This document shows, piece by piece, positions 33,903 to 42,458 of a DNA stretch of 64,000 bases. The notes beneath the pieces are model-generated. The model made no database searches. It saw only the letters and a program-made list of their open reading frames with translations, and had not been told where the DNA came from. A program made the translations under genes and the position numbers. This DNA is from an uncultured Gammaproteobacteria bacterium (lineage in GTDB: Bacteria; Patescibacteriota; Microgenomatia; UBA1406; GWC2-37-13), in NCBI GenBank assembly GCA_964435665.1, contig CAYSZW010000004.1, forward strand, positions 16,284 to 80,283. The letters are read 5' to 3'. Each line of letters starts with the position of its first letter. Within the stretch, counting starts at the first letter, position 1.

Positions 33903-34307
33903 ATGAAATCACATTTAAATCATTTACAAATCAATATAAACCCAACAAATCTTCCATTTTATAAAGAATTCATGGCCTTTCTGGGTTGGACTCTTATTAT
34001 GGAATCAGAAGAAATGGCTGGATTTACCAGTGGGGGAGAAGCTTCTTTATGGTTTTTAAAAAGTCAAAATAATGAACAAAATAATTATGATGGATTTGGT
34101 GTAAATCATATTGGGATAAAGGTTGAAGAACTTAAAAATGTAGATGAAGCAACGGCATATCTAAAAACTAAAAATATAGAAATGCTTTTTGGAACACCCA
34201 AACATAGACCAGAATTTGCGATGAGTGAAACTGAAACGTATTATCAAATTATGTTTAAATCACCAGACAACATGTTATTTGAAATAGTTTATACTGGTAC
34301 AAAATAA
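33903..34307 (+). CDS. VOC/glyoxalase-bleomycin resistance family protein
   Basis: The size and the HLQINI ... NHIGIKV ... FEIV pattern fit the paired beta-alpha-beta-beta-beta VOC fold. Confidence 0.55.
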   Translation: MKSHLNHLQININPTNLPFYKEFMAFLGWTLIMESEEMAGFTSGGEASLWFLKSQNNEQNNYDGFGVNHIGIKVEELKNVDEATAYLKTKNIEMLFGTPKHRPEFAMSETETYYQIMFKSPDNMLFEIVYTGTK

Positions 34308-34309
34308 AT

Positions 34310-34678
34310 ATGTTTCAAAAACTGTATGCACTCTGTTTACTTGTTGAAAATTATGAAACTTCACTTCAGTTTTATAGAGATATACTTGGTTTAGAATTAA
34401 ATTCTACAGATACAAAATATGCAGATTTTAAATTGGGTGAAACATTACTCGCAATCTTTCAAAAAGATGAAGCCACAATTATGTTTCCAAAAGAACATAT
34501 TACAACTGGAGGAGGAACAGTAATTGCTTTTCCTGTAGAAGATATAGAAAAAGCTTGTAAAGAATTAAAACAAAAAGGTATAGAAATTTTTGAAGGTCCA
34601 AAAACAATGCCATGGGGACAAACAGTTGCTTACTTTAAAGATCCAGATAATAATATTTTAGAAATTACTAGCTTATGA
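34310..34678 (+). CDS. VOC/glyoxalase family protein
   Basis: FYRDILGLEL ... PWGQTVAYFKDPDNNILEI is a typical glyoxalase-domain signature. Confidence 0.65.
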   Translation: MFQKLYALCLLVENYETSLQFYRDILGLELNSTDTKYADFKLGETLLAIFQKDEATIMFPKEHITTGGGTVIAFPVEDIEKACKELKQKGIEIFEGPKTMPWGQTVAYFKDPDNNILEITSL

Positions 34679-35328
34679 AACTACTTCTCACATCTTCTGG
34701 TTTTACAAACAAATCTATTATTAATGCCTTTGCAGATTTACTTCAAAAACCATTTTCAGAAACTTCCCTCGTATTTATTCCAACTGCTTCTAATGTAGAA
34801 GATGACGATAAAGGTTGGCTTTTAGACGATATGAATAATGCAAGGAAATTGGGATTAAAGTCGTTTGATATTGTTGATATCTCTGCAGTTCCACAAGATA
34901 TATGGGAACAGAGAATTACAAAAGCTGATGTCATTATGGTCGGTGGGGGAAACACATATCATTTAATGTATTGGATCAATAAATCAGGGTTTAATGAAAT
35001 AATTGGTGACCTTTTAAAGACAAAAATATACGTAGGAATTAGTGCAGGTAGTATGGTACTGTCTAAAAATTTAGCATTAACACAATCAAAAAAATTATAT
35101 TATGAAGATAAAGGAAATGTAGATATTGAAAAAGGTTTAGGATATGTAGATTTTCATACACGTCCACATTTAAATTCTGAATGGTTTCCGAATGTTCGTG
35201 AAAACATATTAAAAGAACAAGCTAAAGAATTAGATGAACCTGTGTATGCAATAGATGATCAATCAGCAATACAAGTCGTAGACAATACTATTGAAGTTAT
35301 TTCAGAAGGAACATGGGTAAAAATTTAA
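34675..35328 (+). CDS. Peptidase S51 (dipeptidase E-like) family
   Basis: GGGNTYHLM and GISAGSMV (nucleophile Ser elbow) motifs. A 4-nt overlap joins it to the upstream gene. Confidence 0.65.
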   Translation: MKLLLTSSGFTNKSIINAFADLLQKPFSETSLVFIPTASNVEDDDKGWLLDDMNNARKLGLKSFDIVDISAVPQDIWEQRITKADVIMVGGGNTYHLMYWINKSGFNEIIGDLLKTKIYVGISAGSMVLSKNLALTQSKKLYYEDKGNVDIEKGLGYVDFHTRPHLNSEWFPNVRENILKEQAKELDEPVYAIDDQSAIQVVDNTIEVISEGTWVKI

Positions 35329-35330
35329 AT

Positions 35331-35783
35331 TTATTTTCCTTTTCTTTTTTCGTAGATTTTTATATATTCATCAACAGAAGTGGCAGCAACTGCATGACCA
35401 ATAACTTCTAAAGGAATATCTTCAAGTTTTTTAAATCTCACACATGATTTACCCATATCTAATTTTTTCCCGGAAGCTTTAAATTCTTTTATAAATTGTT
35501 CATTTAATTTTGGATCTCCATAAATATTCGAAAGATAAATTGCTATATGATTTTTTTGAGAAGCCAAAGCGACATAGGGAATAGGTTCATCTTTTCTATT
35601 TAGATAACCATCAGGATAAATTGAAAGAGGAATGACATAACCAATCATGCCGTATTGCATAATCTCTTCATACCCTTTTGGAAGATGTTTAATAATAGTA
35701 TTACGAATAGTAGCAATTGCTTCTTTTCTATCTGCAGGAAGAGATTCTATATATTCTGTAACTGTTTTGGCGGAACTTTGCAT
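35331..35783 (-). CDS. DUF1801 (YdhG-like) domain protein
   Basis: The N-terminal TVTEYIESLPADRKEAIATIRNTI pattern and the ~150-aa size are typical of DUF1801. Confidence 0.5.
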   Translation of the reverse strand: MQSSAKTVTEYIESLPADRKEAIATIRNTIIKHLPKGYEEIMQYGMIGYVIPLSIYPDGYLNRKDEPIPYVALASQKNHIAIYLSNIYGDPKLNEQFIKEFKASGKKLDMGKSCVRFKKLEDIPLEVIGHAVAATSVDEYIKIYEKRKGK

Positions 35784-35791
35784 AACAAGTA

Positions 35792-36301
35792 TTATAACTT
35801 TTTCCCGTATGGGATATATAGTGTTTCACCAACAATAAGTGGAAAAGCTTCATCATCGGAAAAACGATTAAATTCGTAATTAAGAATAGCTTCTGGTTCG
35901 ACACCATATTTTTTTGCAATACCACCAATAGTATCACCATATTTAACAACATGTGTTACACCTGTTATTGGCGGAATAATAATTATAGAGTCAACTACTA
36001 ATTCATCAGATGAAAGATTATTTGCCCATCGAATAGTATCGACAGAAATTTTAAAATCTTGAGAAATAGATTGAATTGTATCTTCTGGCTGAACTCTATA
36101 GGTAATATTTCCCTGTCGTACTGGAAGTTCATTTTGAATACGTTCACGGAAAGCTAAATTTTTTATCTGATCTCGAGCAGTTTTAATTGAAAGAGACCAA
36201 ATATACATTGCTAATAAAAAAATAAGCGGCAAATAAAGGAGGTAAGTTAGGTGAAAATAATTATGAACATGTGGCTTATTTATTTTTTTCTTTCGCATCA
36301 T
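35792..36301 (-). CDS. TM-anchored protein with two LysM domains
   Basis: The LysM repeats are YRVQPEDTIQSISQDFKISVDTIRWANNL and HVVKYGDTIGGIAKKYGVEPEAILNYEFN. ATG 36301 is preferred over the listed TTG 36337; TATAGT at 36309-36314 lies 7 nt upstream. Confidence 0.7.
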   Translation of the reverse strand: MMRKKKINKPHVHNYFHLTYLLYLPLIFLLAMYIWSLSIKTARDQIKNLAFRERIQNELPVRQGNITYRVQPEDTIQSISQDFKISVDTIRWANNLSSDELVVDSIIIIPPITGVTHVVKYGDTIGGIAKKYGVEPEAILNYEFNRFSDDEAFPLIVGETLYIPYGKKL

Positions 36302-36330
36302 ACTATTTACTATAACTTTTACAACTTCTC

Positions 36331-36360
36331 TTGTCAAAGGGAGCTCATTACAAGTACAAT
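36331..36360 (+). promoter_or_regulatory. Putative promoter TTGTCA-18-TACAAT with the ATG at predicted +1
   Basis: The -35 is at 36331-36336 and the -10 at 36355-36360, with a 6-nt spacer to the ATG at 36367. Confidence 0.4.
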
Positions 36361-36366
36361 ACTAGT

Positions 36367-37173
36367 ATGAATCGATTAATCTATTGGATTTTTATATTTG
36401 TTATTATTGTCGTATTTTTTTATTCGTTATTATTCGGTTCACTACTGTTTTTAAATCCTATAAAGCTTGGTCTTCGTTCTAAAAAATTTCCTAATGCGAC
36501 AGTTTATACAAGTAATATTTATGAATTAAATCCTATATATGACTATGTCAATGATCATATGGTAGAAGCAGAATTATTATATCAATCGAAATATAATCAA
36601 CGAGTAAATATATATGTAGCAACATCTGCCAATGAATTTAAACGCTGGGCACCACCATGGATTAATAAAAATGTGGGTGGTATTTCGTTATATATCGGAA
36701 ATACAATTATTCTTAACCCAGAAGCAATTAAAAAAAACAAGTATAGTGAAGAAGAATTTTTAAAACACGAGTTAGTACATAATCTTATAATTCAAAATAG
36801 TGCCGTTCTTAATAATTTTGTTTTTGATTCTCAGGAATGGATGACAGAAGGGACTGCTATGTATTTTGGCGGACCAAATTATATGAATGAAAACGAGTTT
36901 AGAACCAGAATGAGAGGAGCTACATTAGTTCAGGATGATAAATCTTCAAAATTATTTACTAATTTAGATGACAAAGACTATAAATTTAAAATGTCAGTTT
37001 ATAAATACTTTGTTGCATTTTTAATTACTGAATACGGAGATAATCGTTTTACTAATTTTATGAATCAATATATCGATTCTCCAGGAAACTATAAAATTAT
37101 TTTTTATGAAGTCTATGACAAGCCTCTCAAATTAGTACTTGATGAATTTAAAAAAGCATACGGAGCAAAATGA
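36367..37173 (+). CDS. TM-anchored peptidase MA-like zinc metalloprotease (Peptidase_MA_2-like)
   Basis: HELVHNL (HExxH) is followed ~20 aa later by EWMTEGTAMYFGG (gluzincin third-ligand Glu context). N-terminal TM helix. Confidence 0.55.
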   Translation: MNRLIYWIFIFVIIVVFFYSLLFGSLLFLNPIKLGLRSKKFPNATVYTSNIYELNPIYDYVNDHMVEAELLYQSKYNQRVNIYVATSANEFKRWAPPWINKNVGGISLYIGNTIILNPEAIKKNKYSEEEFLKHELVHNLIIQNSAVLNNFVFDSQEWMTEGTAMYFGGPNYMNENEFRTRMRGATLVQDDKSSKLFTNLDDKDYKFKMSVYKYFVAFLITEYGDNRFTNFMNQYIDSPGNYKIIFYEVYDKPLKLVLDEFKKAYGAK

Positions 37174-37970
37174 ATGTAACAGACTTTAATACTATGCTCC
37201 GGGAATTCTATTCAAAAAATAAAAGGATTCTTTCATGGAGAGAAACAATCGTACCTTATCATGTAGTATTGACAGAACTTATGTTACAACAAACACAAGT
37301 TCCTCGAGTACAAATTAAATTCCCAGAATTTATTGCTGCATTTCCTACTTTTCAATCTCTTGCTCAGTCATCTTTAACAGATTTACTTCGTGTATGGCAG
37401 GGAATGGGGTATAACAGAAGAGCTAAATATTTACGTGAAATTGCTACTATTATCAGCACTACATATAAAGGAATTGTTCCTAATGATCCAGAAATATTAG
37501 ATGCTATGCCAGGTATTGGCCCTGCAACAGCTAAATCTATCATCGTGTATATATACAATAAGCCAGAATTATTTATAGAAACGAATGTTCGCCGAGTATT
37601 TATTCATCATTTTTTTGAAGATAAAACAGACATTCCAGACACAGATATTGTTCCAATATTAGAAAAAGCATTAGATACACAGAATCCACGTGAATGGTAT
37701 TACTCAGTCATGGATTACGGAACATATTTGGGTAAAACAGTACAAAATCCAAATCGAAAAAGTAAACATTATGCAAAACAAAGTAAGTTTGAAGGTTCTA
37801 ACAGACAAATAAGAGGGGCCATTTTGAAACAACTTGTACATGGTGGTATGAATAGAGAAGTGCTTCTATCATCATTAGGTTTTGAAGAAGAGAAAGTGTA
37901 TACTGTTTTGCGGGAATTACAGAGTGAAGGTTTTATAAATGAAAAAATGGGGAAGTATTCTATAAAATAG
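37170..37970 (+). CDS. MutY-like HhH-GPD DNA glycosylase, Cys-free (no Fe-S cluster motif), with a C-terminal winged-helix-like tail instead of a NUDIX domain
   Basis: LTELMLQQTQVPRV (MutY catalytic Glu block), GMGYNRRAKYL and MPGIGPATAKSI (HhH-GPD). The translation contains zero cysteines. Confidence 0.65.
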   Translation: MNVTDFNTMLREFYSKNKRILSWRETIVPYHVVLTELMLQQTQVPRVQIKFPEFIAAFPTFQSLAQSSLTDLLRVWQGMGYNRRAKYLREIATIISTTYKGIVPNDPEILDAMPGIGPATAKSIIVYIYNKPELFIETNVRRVFIHHFFEDKTDIPDTDIVPILEKALDTQNPREWYYSVMDYGTYLGKTVQNPNRKSKHYAKQSKFEGSNRQIRGAILKQLVHGGMNREVLLSSLGFEEEKVYTVLRELQSEGFINEKMGKYSIK

Positions 37971-38032
37971 TTTTTTGATAACATGTCTCGTTTGATACCA
38001 TTTTTTCTTTTTTTTTATTATTATATACACAT

Positions 38033-38683
38033 ATGAAAATGGATATCGAAACAAGAACAAAACGAGCAGAAGTTATTGTCACCACTTTAAAAAAACTCTT
38101 TCCTACGACAAAATCGGCTCTGGAATACTCCAATCCATGGGAATTTTTAGTTGCAGTTATGTTATCTGCGCAATGCACCGATGTTGCAGTTAATAAAGCA
38201 ACTCAAACCTTATTTAAAAAATATAAAACTGTCACAGATTATGTACATGCAGATCCTGATGAATTTAATACAGATATAAAAACGATAATTTTTCATAATA
38301 ATAAAACAAAAAATGTTTTAGCAACAGCAAAAATTATTCATGAAACATACAACGATAAACTTCCACAAACTATGGAAGAAATGTTACAACTACCTGGAGT
38401 AGCCAGAAAAACGGCTAATGTTGTTCTAGGAAACGAATTTGGTGTTATAGAAGGAATTGCAGTAGATACTCATGTCCGTCGTCTATCAAATTTATTCGGT
38501 TTAACAACACAAGATAATCCTGACAAAATAGAGAAAGATCTTATGGAAGTTTTACCTCGAAAAGAATGGCCAGAATTTACACTTCGCATGATAGATTATG
38601 GAAGAAAATACTGTCCAGCCCGTAAACATGATCACGATGTGTGTCCACTAAAAGTAGCATTAGAAGAAAAAGGATTACTATAA
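38033..38683 (+). CDS. nth: Endonuclease III-like HhH-GPD glycosylase/lyase
   Basis: LSAQCTDVAVNK, LPGVARKTANVVL (catalytic Lys) and AVDTHVRR (catalytic Asp). Only 2 Cys (YCPARKHDHDVCP) sit where the canonical Cx6Cx2Cx5C motif would be. Confidence 0.8.
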   Translation: MKMDIETRTKRAEVIVTTLKKLFPTTKSALEYSNPWEFLVAVMLSAQCTDVAVNKATQTLFKKYKTVTDYVHADPDEFNTDIKTIIFHNNKTKNVLATAKIIHETYNDKLPQTMEEMLQLPGVARKTANVVLGNEFGVIEGIAVDTHVRRLSNLFGLTTQDNPDKIEKDLMEVLPRKEWPEFTLRMIDYGRKYCPARKHDHDVCPLKVALEEKGLL

Positions 38684-39334
38684 ATATTTTTCTTGTTTTG
38701 GGTTTAAAACACCATTTGTTATAAACATGTATTGTGCTAAACCGTGTTTAATAATCCCTGTATTTATGAATCTATTTTCATGATCAATTTCTGCACAATG
38801 AGTATGTCCGCATACAAAATATTCATTAGGTTTTAATTCTAATTTAATCTGATCTTTGATACGACGATTGTAGTGAAGAAGTCCTTTTTGATATAATGCT
38901 CCCCCAGTTCTAATAATAAATTTTTCTACTTGTTCGGCAAATCGTGTCATGATATTTGGTCTTCCTGCAACAGCAACATCTCCATTTTCAAGTGGTACTA
39001 ACCTATTACCGTGTTCAAAAATAAATGTTTTATCGTTTATTTTTAAAGAATATTTATTAGTTTGAAGGTTAGAAAAAGCACTAATTTCTTTAGTAGAAAA
39101 TCGCTCACTATCATGATTCCCAAAAATATAAACAGTTTCTTTTTGTTTAAGAAGGGTAAATAAATTTTTCCAAGGAGAATCCATAAATTCCCTAAATGGA
39201 ATAAAATAACCATCCCAAAAATCACCATTAATAATAACTCGATCAGCTTTACTAATGATACTTTTGAGAAAATTAAATTTTTTCTCATCAAAAGGAAGAG
39301 TTAAATGTGTATCAGAAAACACTAAAATATTCAT
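38678..39334 (-). CDS. Calcineurin-like metallophosphoesterase
   Basis: Motifs VFSDTHL, NGDFWD, GNHD and GHTH occur in canonical order. Its 3' end overlaps nth by 6 nt (convergent). Confidence 0.75.
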   Translation of the reverse strand: MNILVFSDTHLTLPFDEKKFNFLKSIISKADRVIINGDFWDGYFIPFREFMDSPWKNLFTLLKQKETVYIFGNHDSERFSTKEISAFSNLQTNKYSLKINDKTFIFEHGNRLVPLENGDVAVAGRPNIMTRFAEQVEKFIIRTGGALYQKGLLHYNRRIKDQIKLELKPNEYFVCGHTHCAEIDHENRFINTGIIKHGLAQYMFITNGVLNPKQEKYL

Positions 39335-39362
39335 GGTAAATTAACTATACCAGTAATTATAT

Positions 39363-41462
39363 TTAGTTACTCTTTAAAGCTGCAAGTACTCCACCTGGAA
39401 CTTCTTCATAGTGGGAAGGTTCCATATAGAATACACCTCGTCCTTCAGTTAATGAACGAAGGATTGTTGCATAACCAGAAAGTTCTGCAAGTGGTGCATA
39501 TGCTTTAATGATAGTAACTCTACTTTTCTTTTCTGTACCAAGAATTTTACCTCTTCTACTTGAAACGTCTCCAATAGCAGTACCCATAAAATCATCAGGT
39601 ACAGTAATTTCGAGTTTCATAATAGGTTCAAGAAGTACCATTCCAGCTTTTTTCATACCATCTTGTAAAGCCATTGATCCTGCAATTTGGAATGCAATAT
39701 CAGATGAATCTACATCGTGGTAACTTCCATCATAGAGTGTTACTTTTAAGTCAACAATTGGGAATCCAAGAAGGACACCTTTATCAAGTGCTTGACGTAC
39801 ACCTTTTTCAACAGATGGAATAAATTCTGAAGGAATTGAACCTCCTTTAACTTGATTTACAAATTGAAAGCCTTCTCCACGTGCAAGAGGTGCAACTTTA
39901 ATAAGACAGTGACCATATTGTCCGTGTCCTCCACTCTGTTTAATATATTTACCTTCTGCATCTGCTTCTTTTGTAATGGTTTCTTTGTATGCAACTTGAG
40001 GTTTACCAACATTTGCATCCATACCCATTTCTCGTTTCATACGATCAACAAGAATTTCAAGATGAAGTTCTCCCATTCCAGCCATAATTGTTTGGTTTGT
40101 TTCATGATTTACAGAAACACGGAATGTTGGATCTTCTTCTGAAAGTCTTTGAAGTGCATAGGATAATTTTTCTTGATCTGCTTTTGTTTTTGGTTCAATA
40201 GCTAAAGAGATAACTGGATCTGGAAATGAAATTTGTTCCAATACAATTGGATGATTTTCATCTGCAAGTGTATCTCCTGTTTTGGATTCTTTTGGTCCAA
40301 CAAGGGCTACAATTTCACCAGCATAAGCTTCTGCAATTTCTTCTCGTTGATTTGCATGCATAAGAAGAATACGTGAAACACGTTCTTCACGACCACTATT
40401 TACGTTATAAACATAAGAACCAGATTTAAGGGTTCCTGAATAAATACGTGTATAAGTGATTTTACCTACATGTGGATCAAGTTGAATTTTAAATGCAAGA
40501 GCTGCAAAATGTTCTTTAGGTGTAAGTTGTCTTGTTAATTTTTCTTCTGGATTTTTTGGATCAAGTCCAACAATTTCTTTCAAATCAAGTGGTGATGGAA
40601 GATAATCTACAATTGCGTCTAAAATTGTTTGTACGCATTTATTTCTAAGTGATGTTCCTGCATATACTGGAATTAATTTATATCCAATAACAGATTTACG
40701 AAGTGAAGCTTTTAGTTCTTCATTTGAAATTTCTTCACCTGCGAGGAATTTTTCAAGAAGGACATCGTCATTTTCAGCAATTTTTTCAATCATGTGTGCG
40801 CGTGCTTTTTGTGCTGCTTCCATTAAATCTGATGGAATTTCTTCTACATCAAATTCAACACCAGATTCATCGCGACCCCAAACTAATGCTTTCATTTTGA
40901 TAAGGTCAATAACACCTTTAAAATCTGATTCTTTTCCAAGTGGTACAACCATAGGAACTGGATTTGCACCAAGTCTTTCTTCAATTTCTCCAACAGTTCC
41001 TTCAAAATTTGCTCCTAATTTATCCATTTTATTAATAAAACAGATACGTGGTACTTTATATTTATCAGCTTGTCGCCAAACTGTTTCAGATTGACTTTGT
41101 ACACCTTCTTCAGCGTCAAATACTACTACTCCTCCGTCTAAAACACGAAGTGAACGTTCTACTTCTGCTGTAAAATCTACGTGGCCTGGAGTATCAATAA
41201 TATTAAATCTTACATCGCCCCAAAATGTTGTTGTTGCAGCAGAAACGATTGTAATTCCTCGTTCTTTTTCTTGTTCCATCCAGTCCATCTGTGTATCACC
41301 ATCATCAATATCTCCAATTTTATAACTGCGACCAGTATAAAAAAGGATTCGTTCAGTTGTTGTAGTTTTTCCTGAATCAATATGAGCGATAATACCGACA
41401 TTGCGGATTTTATCAAGAGGTACATTTCTGTTTTTTGTTGCGACAACGTTTTTTTGAGCCAT
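39363..41462 (-). CDS. fusA: Translation elongation factor G
   Basis: G1 [10 protein letters not shown]3 DTPGHVDF and G4 NKMD motifs, with full-length EF-G domain order. Confidence 0.95.
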   Translation of the reverse strand: MAQKNVVATKNRNVPLDKIRNVGIIAHIDSGKTTTTERILFYTGRSYKIGDIDDGDTQMDWMEQEKERGITIVSAATTTFWGDVRFNIIDTPGHVDFTAEVERSLRVLDGGVVVFDAEEGVQSQSETVWRQADKYKVPRICFINKMDKLGANFEGTVGEIEERLGANPVPMVVPLGKESDFKGVIDLIKMKALVWGRDESGVEFDVEEIPSDLMEAAQKARAHMIEKIAENDDVLLEKFLAGEEISNEELKASLRKSVIGYKLIPVYAGTSLRNKCVQTILDAIVDYLPSPLDLKEIVGLDPKNPEEKLTRQLTPKEHFAALAFKIQLDPHVGKITYTRIYSGTLKSGSYVYNVNSGREERVSRILLMHANQREEIAEAYAGEIVALVGPKESKTGDTLADENHPIVLEQISFPDPVISLAIEPKTKADQEKLSYALQRLSEEDPTFRVSVNHETNQTIMAGMGELHLEILVDRMKREMGMDANVGKPQVAYKETITKEADAEGKYIKQSGGHGQYGHCLIKVAPLARGEGFQFVNQVKGGSIPSEFIPSVEKGVRQALDKGVLLGFPIVDLKVTLYDGSYHDVDSSDIAFQIAGSMALQDGMKKAGMVLLEPIMKLEITVPDDFMGTAIGDVSSRRGKILGTEKKSRVTIIKAYAPLAELSGYATILRSLTEGRGVFYMEPSHYEEVPGGVLAALKSN

Positions 41463-41470
41463 AGATATTA

Positions 41471-41510
41471 AAAATTAAATAAAAAGATCCCAAATACAAT
41501 CTAGGATCTT
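41471..41510 (-). terminator. Hairpin plus U-rich tract between rpsG and fusA (possible attenuator/partial terminator)
   Basis: On the minus strand: aagatcc - 13-nt loop - ggatctt, followed by tttatttaatttt. Confidence 0.35.
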
Positions 41511-41546
41511 GCGATTTGCTAATGTTATAAATTAACTAATTTTAGT

Positions 41547-42020
41547 TTACCACTTTAAGTGGGAGAATGCTTTGTTTTGATCAGCAAGTTTTTCTGTCTG
41601 TTCTTTCTTAGCAACAGCTTGACCTTGATTTTTAGCAGCTTCTTTTATTTCAACTGTAAGTTTATCAGCGAATGATCTAAATTCTTTGTTAGAACGAGAA
41701 CGAGCAGCTTCTAAGATCCAATTAAGAGCTAAATAAATTCTTCTTTCTCGACGAATTTCTGTAGGAACAAGATAAGAAGCACCACCGAGTCTTCGTGGAC
41801 GTACTTCTTTTTCTGGCATTACATTTGTAATAGCTTTATTAAGAGTAAGCAATGAATCGTTTTCTTCTGATTTTAAACTTTCGAGTGCTTGATACACAAC
41901 TTTTTGAGCTACACTTTTTTTACCATCTTCCATAAGATAGTTAACCAGTTTTGCTACTTCGTAACTGTCGTAGACTGGATCCATTTTCAATGATGTTGCT
42001 TTGTATTGATGTCTTGGCAT
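41547..42020 (-). CDS. rpsG: 30S ribosomal protein S7
   Basis: MPRHQYK..., the VEVRPRRLGGASYLVP block, and position in the str operon. Confidence 0.93.
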   Translation of the reverse strand: MPRHQYKATSLKMDPVYDSYEVAKLVNYLMEDGKKSVAQKVVYQALESLKSEENDSLLTLNKAITNVMPEKEVRPRRLGGASYLVPTEIRRERRIYLALNWILEAARSRSNKEFRSFADKLTVEIKEAAKNQGQAVAKKEQTEKLADQNKAFSHLKW

Positions 42021-42038
42021 AAATATGTATATTATTAA

Positions 42039-42458
42039 TTAGCTTTTTACCTTAGGTTTTTTTGTTCCGTATTTAGAACGAGATGTAACTCTATTGTCTA
42101 CACCTGCAGTATCAAATTTATTTCTAACGATATGATACTTTACACCTGGTAAATCTTTTACACGACCTCCACGAATAAGCACAATTGAATGCTCTGCAAG
42201 GTTATGACCAATTCCTTGAATATAAGCTGTTACTTCCATTCTATTTGAAAGTCTTACTCTAGCAACCTTTCGGAGAGCTGAGTTTGGCTTTTTAGGAGTC
42301 ATAGTACGTACAATAGTACATACTCCTCGTTTCATAGGATTGTTGGTATCTACATAAGCACGTTTTACAGCATTATAGCTGGCCTTCAGTGCTGACGCTC
42401 TGGACTTCTTGTCCTTCTTCAAGCGTTTTGTCCTCACTAGTTGATTTATTGTTGGCAT
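42039..42458 (-). CDS. rpsL: 30S ribosomal protein S12
   Basis: [24 protein letters not shown] and [13 protein letters not shown] blocks. Confidence 0.95.
   Translation of the reverse strand: MPTINQLVRTKRLKKDKKSRASALKASYNAVKRAYVDTNNPMKRGVCTIVRTMTPKKPNSALRKVARVRLSNRMEVTAYIQGIGHNLAEHSIVLIRGGRVKDLPGVKYHIVRNKFDTAGVDNRVTSRSKYGTKKPKVKS

Noticed and set aside
42039-42458. Insertion of about 14 aa in S12 ([14 protein letters not shown]) relative to E. coli S12
   Set aside because: The same-position insertion exists in Bacillus-type S12 proteins (from memory: NKGYNSFKKEHTNVSS), so it is a known lineage variant and not novel.
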